In this document: piece by piece, positions 60,285 to 64,000 of the stretch
How the letters are laid out: every line of letters starts with the position of its first letter
Position numbering within the stretch: position 1 is the stretch's first letter
DNA from: an uncultured delta proteobacterium
GTDB taxonomy: Bacteria; Desulfobacterota; Syntrophobacteria; Syntrophobacterales; Syntrophobacteraceae
Length of the DNA: 64,000 nucleotides
Reading direction: 5' to 3'
NCBI GenBank assembly: GCA_963808625.1
Contig: CAWEHK010000029.1
Span: 32,001 to 96,000 of the forward strand
Notes under the pieces: generated by a model
Seen by the model: the letters and a program-made list of their open reading frames with translations, nothing else
The model's database searches: none
Told to the model about the DNA's origin: nothing
Program-made: the position numbers and the translations under genes

Positions 60285-63200
60285 ATGAGCAAATTCTCGG
60301 AGGATTTCGCATCCGAAAAACTGTTAACCATTCTTAGCGCCTCTCCTCTCCCTCTTTCCACTAGAGATCTGGGCCTGCGGCTGAGGCTGCATCACCTGCG
60401 GATGGCCGATTATGAGGTCGGTTGTCTTCTCCGCAACCTGCTTAATGAAAGCAAAGTCAACTTCAGAATGGGACGCTGGACTGCGTCCCATTCTTCCGTA
60501 ACAGCCCCACCTCCCTCATCTACGGATCTTCCGCCCTTAAGTGGAGAGACACTCTCAATCCTCGGTTTCAAGCCACATGGAGTCACAGCTGAGCTCCCTC
60601 CTGCCGATACAGTGGGGATTGAAACTGAGATCAATGAAGCTGACACTGATATTTATTCCGGCCGATGGGGAACATTCCGTAGACTGGTTGCATACTATCG
60701 TCAATGTATTCGTCAGGAGGAAGGCGCGGATGCTTCGGCTTTTCAGAATGAGTTGGGCAGGAGTTTCCTCTATCTTCGTCGGATCGGATGGTGGCATCCC
60801 AGGCCAGGCGTTCGCTGGCAGGCCAATATCCCTCTCGGGCCACATCTGTCGCCGCTGCTCAACGCCCTGCCTGGTAAGGGCGAGGATCAAGCCTTGGTAA
60901 TCGGCTATCCGGTGCAGGCCTACTTCAAGGAAAAGGTTGGGGAGCCAAACGTCGCCGTCATTCGGCCAATTTTCTTTTTTACCGTAGAGACCGCAATCGC
61001 CCTAAACGGATTGGTCGTCAGTTGCGAGGACGCTCGACCTGAAATTAATTTAGGATGGCTTGAGTTTGCCTTTTCCCGCAACGTTGATCGCCAGCGGAGC
61101 TTCCTTTCCGCCTGCGGTTTTCTCAATCGCGAGAGACCAATTGATGAACCCCCTGGTCTGGAGCGGAGTGAACGGATTCCCGGCTTGGATAGCCTTGTTG
61201 CCGCCCTTTCTGCGTTCATGCCGGACAAGGTCCGGGAGCCCCTGCATATGGAGAGTGTGCCGGATGATCCGCTTCGGGAGCCTTTTACGACCGGTATCTA
61301 TAACCGCGCCGTCATTATGTTGGCGAAACGAACTAAGTACACGGCCACCCTGCTCAAGGAACTTGCGGCCATTGAGCGCGAACCAGATGAGAAGTTGGAT
61401 CGCACGGCACTTCGCTACATTTTTGCCACCGACCGGGAACAACCGACTCCGGGAGAACTCCTGCACGAGGCAATCGTAGTCGACACCGCCCCACTTAATG
61501 CAGAGCAGCGGTTGGCGACAGCTTCTCTCCTCATCAGGGACATAACAGTGGTCACAGGCCCTCCGGGTACCGGCAAGAGCCAAGTGGTCAGTAGCACCAT
61601 AGCCAACGCTCGACTGCGCGACCAGACGGTGCTTTTCGCAAGTCGCAACCATAAGGCAATCGACGCCGTGTTTGATCGGCTTTCCGATTCCGAGGGACGG
61701 CCGCTCATAGTGCGCACCAACTCTAAAGACGATCCTAGCCTCAATTACACCTTTTCTCACGCCATCCGGGACATGCTTGCCGCACCACCCCACCCGGAGT
61801 CGAGTGTTCGTCTGAAACGTGCAAATGAAGAACTAACTGCGCTACTCGACGAACGGGGTAGCAAGGCAGGCTTTGCCCGCCGCGTGGCTGAAGCCGGAAC
61901 GGCCCTGGGAGAACTCGAGGAGCGCCGAAGCTATTTGGCGCGAGATTTCCCTGAGGAGATGTCGCGCTTTCTTGATGCAAAACCTGAGCGCTTCCCTGGG
62001 AAGGCTCTTAACAGGGTGGCGCAGACCATCCACACACTGCATCTCCAGAGCCCCGATAACGCCCTCATGCGAAGGTTTCGAACTGTGTTTTGGGCCTGGA
62101 CGATCTTCCCTTGGTACAGGCTGGCCCAGCGTGGTTTGCGCCACATCCCGAGGTGTCCGGAACTACCTGCTCTCCCGGGGGCTCGGCGTTAAAGGTTTTG
62201 CTTCCAGTGTTGTCCCTATTGGAACGGGCAATGGAATATGCCCGGCTAAGTAGCGAGTGCCGACCTTATGAGGCTAGACTTGCTGAGCTCCCGCAGTTGG
62301 AAGATACAACCATAGCTGTCTCTGACCTCACCAATCGCATTCGCGAGGTAGCGCTCCGCGCGGTGCCTCTCGACCTGGACAGCCGCTGCAATCTTGAAGA
62401 GGAGATTAACCGTGAAGAACTGGACGGTCTGCGCGCTGCACTCAATGCGATGCGTACCGGACTTGATGAAGGAATCATTCGACACGAGACTGTTCGGGTT
62501 CTTGAAGAACGGGCACCCCATATCCTCAAGGCATTTCCCTGCTGGGCTGTAACCAATCTTTCAGCCGGTTCTCGTATCCCCTTGGTAGCGGGATTATATG
62601 ACCTCGCCATTGTTGACGAAGCAAGCCAATCCGATATTCCTTCCGCCATCCCTATCCTATATCGCGCCCGCAGGGCAGCGGTTGTCGGTGATCCCTTTCA
62701 ACTCACCCACACCTCCCGTCTTTCCACAGCTAGAGACACGATGCTGCGAAGGGAAGCGGGACTCAAGCGGGTGGAGGATGTTCGCTTCGCCTACACTGAA
62801 AGCTCCCTTTACAATCTGTTCGCGGGCACAAATGGCGTGGAACCAGTATTTCTAAGCGAAACCTACCGCAGCACCGAGGAAATCGCCAATTACTCCAGTC
62901 GCGCCTTTTACAGCGGGAGGCTCAGGGTAGCCACAGACGAACGTAAACTCACAACTCCGCGCGGCATGTCCACTGGAATCCACTGGACGGTAGTGACCGG
63001 AGCGATCCAGAGCGGAGGCGGCAGCGGCTGCACCTGTCGGGAGGAGGTGGACGCGGTCGTAGATATCATGCGCACCTTACTCCTGGAAAATAACTTCCTG
63101 GGAACAGCGGGCGTAGTCACTCCCTTCCGCCAGCAGGCGAACCGTCATAAGGGATGCTCTCTTTGAGAGCGACGCCCGTCTTTATGAAGCTCTCCTCCGA

Positions 63201-63797
63201 TCCAGAGTCCATGTGGACACTGCCCACGGGTTTCAGGGCGATGAGCGGGATATCATCATTTTCAGCCTCTGTGCTGGCCCGGAGATGCCGGTAGGTTCCC
63301 GATCTTTTCTGCGTGAGACCGGTAATCTTTTTAATGTGGCCGTGAGTCGCGCCAGGGCTGTTCTTCATGTAGTGGGCAACCGAGAATGGGCCAAAACATG
63401 CGGCATTCGACACATTCAAGATTTGGCAGTGCCTGGAGAGCGGCCATCGGGGACAGCGCAACGGGGACCGTGGCACCCCCATGAATCCCCCTGGGAGGAG
63501 AAACTCTACCGCGCGCTGGTGGAGGCCGGCCTCGACCCGCGACCACAATTTCCGGTTAGCGGTAGGCGATTGGATCTTGCTCTTGTCGGGCATGGGGATA
63601 GACAGTTGAAGATCGATATCGAGGTGGACGGAGACTGCCACCGTAACCCCGACGGCACACGAAAGATGGACGATCTTTGGCGCGATATCCAACTTCAGGG
63701 CATGGGCTGGAAAGTCATGCGGTTCTGGACTTACATGCTCCGTGAAGACATGGGGGCTTGTGTGGAGAAAATCCTTAAGGCATGGAGCGAACAATGA
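60285..63797 (+). CDS. Large wHTH-like + Upf1/DNA2-like SF1 helicase + DUF559 endonuclease (frameshifts near 62180 and 63150)
   Basis: GPPGTGKSQ, ASRNHKAID, IVDEASQ, VGDPFQL, VVTPFRQQ, TAHGFQGDERD, FNVAVSRAR; C-terminal ESPWE...RLDLAL...IEVDG...GWKVMRFW. Confidence 0.85.
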
Positions 63798-64000
63798 GTG
63801 ATCCGACGCTTGGAGCAGACAACTCCGGCACAGCCTGAAGCAGGAGGGAGATCAGACCGGAAAAAGGGAGGTGCATTGACCTTTCCGTCAATTGCCTTTA
63901 TGGGCGCTGCGATTTTCCTGGTAGTCCTGATGATTGTTCTCTCAGGCTGGAAGATCGTGAATCTGGAACATGAACGCGCGCACCTCAACACTGAGCGACG
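63798..64000 (+). CDS. Partial membrane-anchored protein (truncated by window end)
   Basis: Open frame ...RKKGGALTFPSIAFMGAAIFLVVLMIVLSGWKIVNLEHERAHLNTER immediately after the helicase stop. Start is GTG 63798, or ATG 63794 with an indel. Confidence 0.6.
   Translation, partial: MIRRLEQTTPAQPEAGGRSDRKKGGALTFPSIAFMGAAIFLVVLMIVLSGWKIVNLEHERAHLNTER

Noticed and set aside
63795..63800. Selenocysteine read-through joining the helicase to the in-frame downstream ORF
   Set aside because: DUF559 is complete before the TGA, the context is not redox-like, no SECIS hairpin is evident, and an overlapping ATGA suggests a separate gene.

Overview
The window looks like an anaerobic deltaproteobacterial (Desulfobacterota/Syntrophobacterales-like) chromosome segment; the taxon is inferred from gene content only. 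It has four blocks. (1) 1.8-11.5 kb is an oxygen/redox-defence region with rubredoxin, rubrerythrin, flavodoxin, desulfoferrodoxin, cydAB and small unknown genes. It forms two operons flanking a PAS-domain sigma-54 activator, and both operons carry near-identical five-site TGT(C/T)TCA enhancer arrays plus -24/-12 promoters. (2) 12-16.6 kb holds housekeeping genes (ADP-ribosylglycohydrolase, rpe, PsiE-like, methyltransferase, ubiE/menG, rpmB) interspersed with palindromic repeats. (3) 17.8-49.3 kb is a large Wzx/Wzy exopolysaccharide cluster with an exosortase-EpsI fusion, a TPR lipoprotein and a VPLPA/PEP-CTERM protein lying behind a c-di-GMP-I-class riboswitch. It also has two FrhB-like and two pyruvyltransferase genes, and a 135-bp MITE that splits a methyltransferase. 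(4) 51-64 kb is a defence/mobile island: an IS66+DUF4338 relic, HigBA, a Gabija-like OLD nuclease + UvrD pair whose helicase is cleanly interrupted by a 2,797-bp IS carrying an intact DUF4338 gene, and a large wHTH-SF1 helicase-DUF559 gene followed by a membrane-protein gene cut off by the window end. Many genes, including housekeeping ones, have single-base frameshifts that probably reflect sequencing or assembly indel errors. All family assignments come from motif recognition by eye, not database searches.
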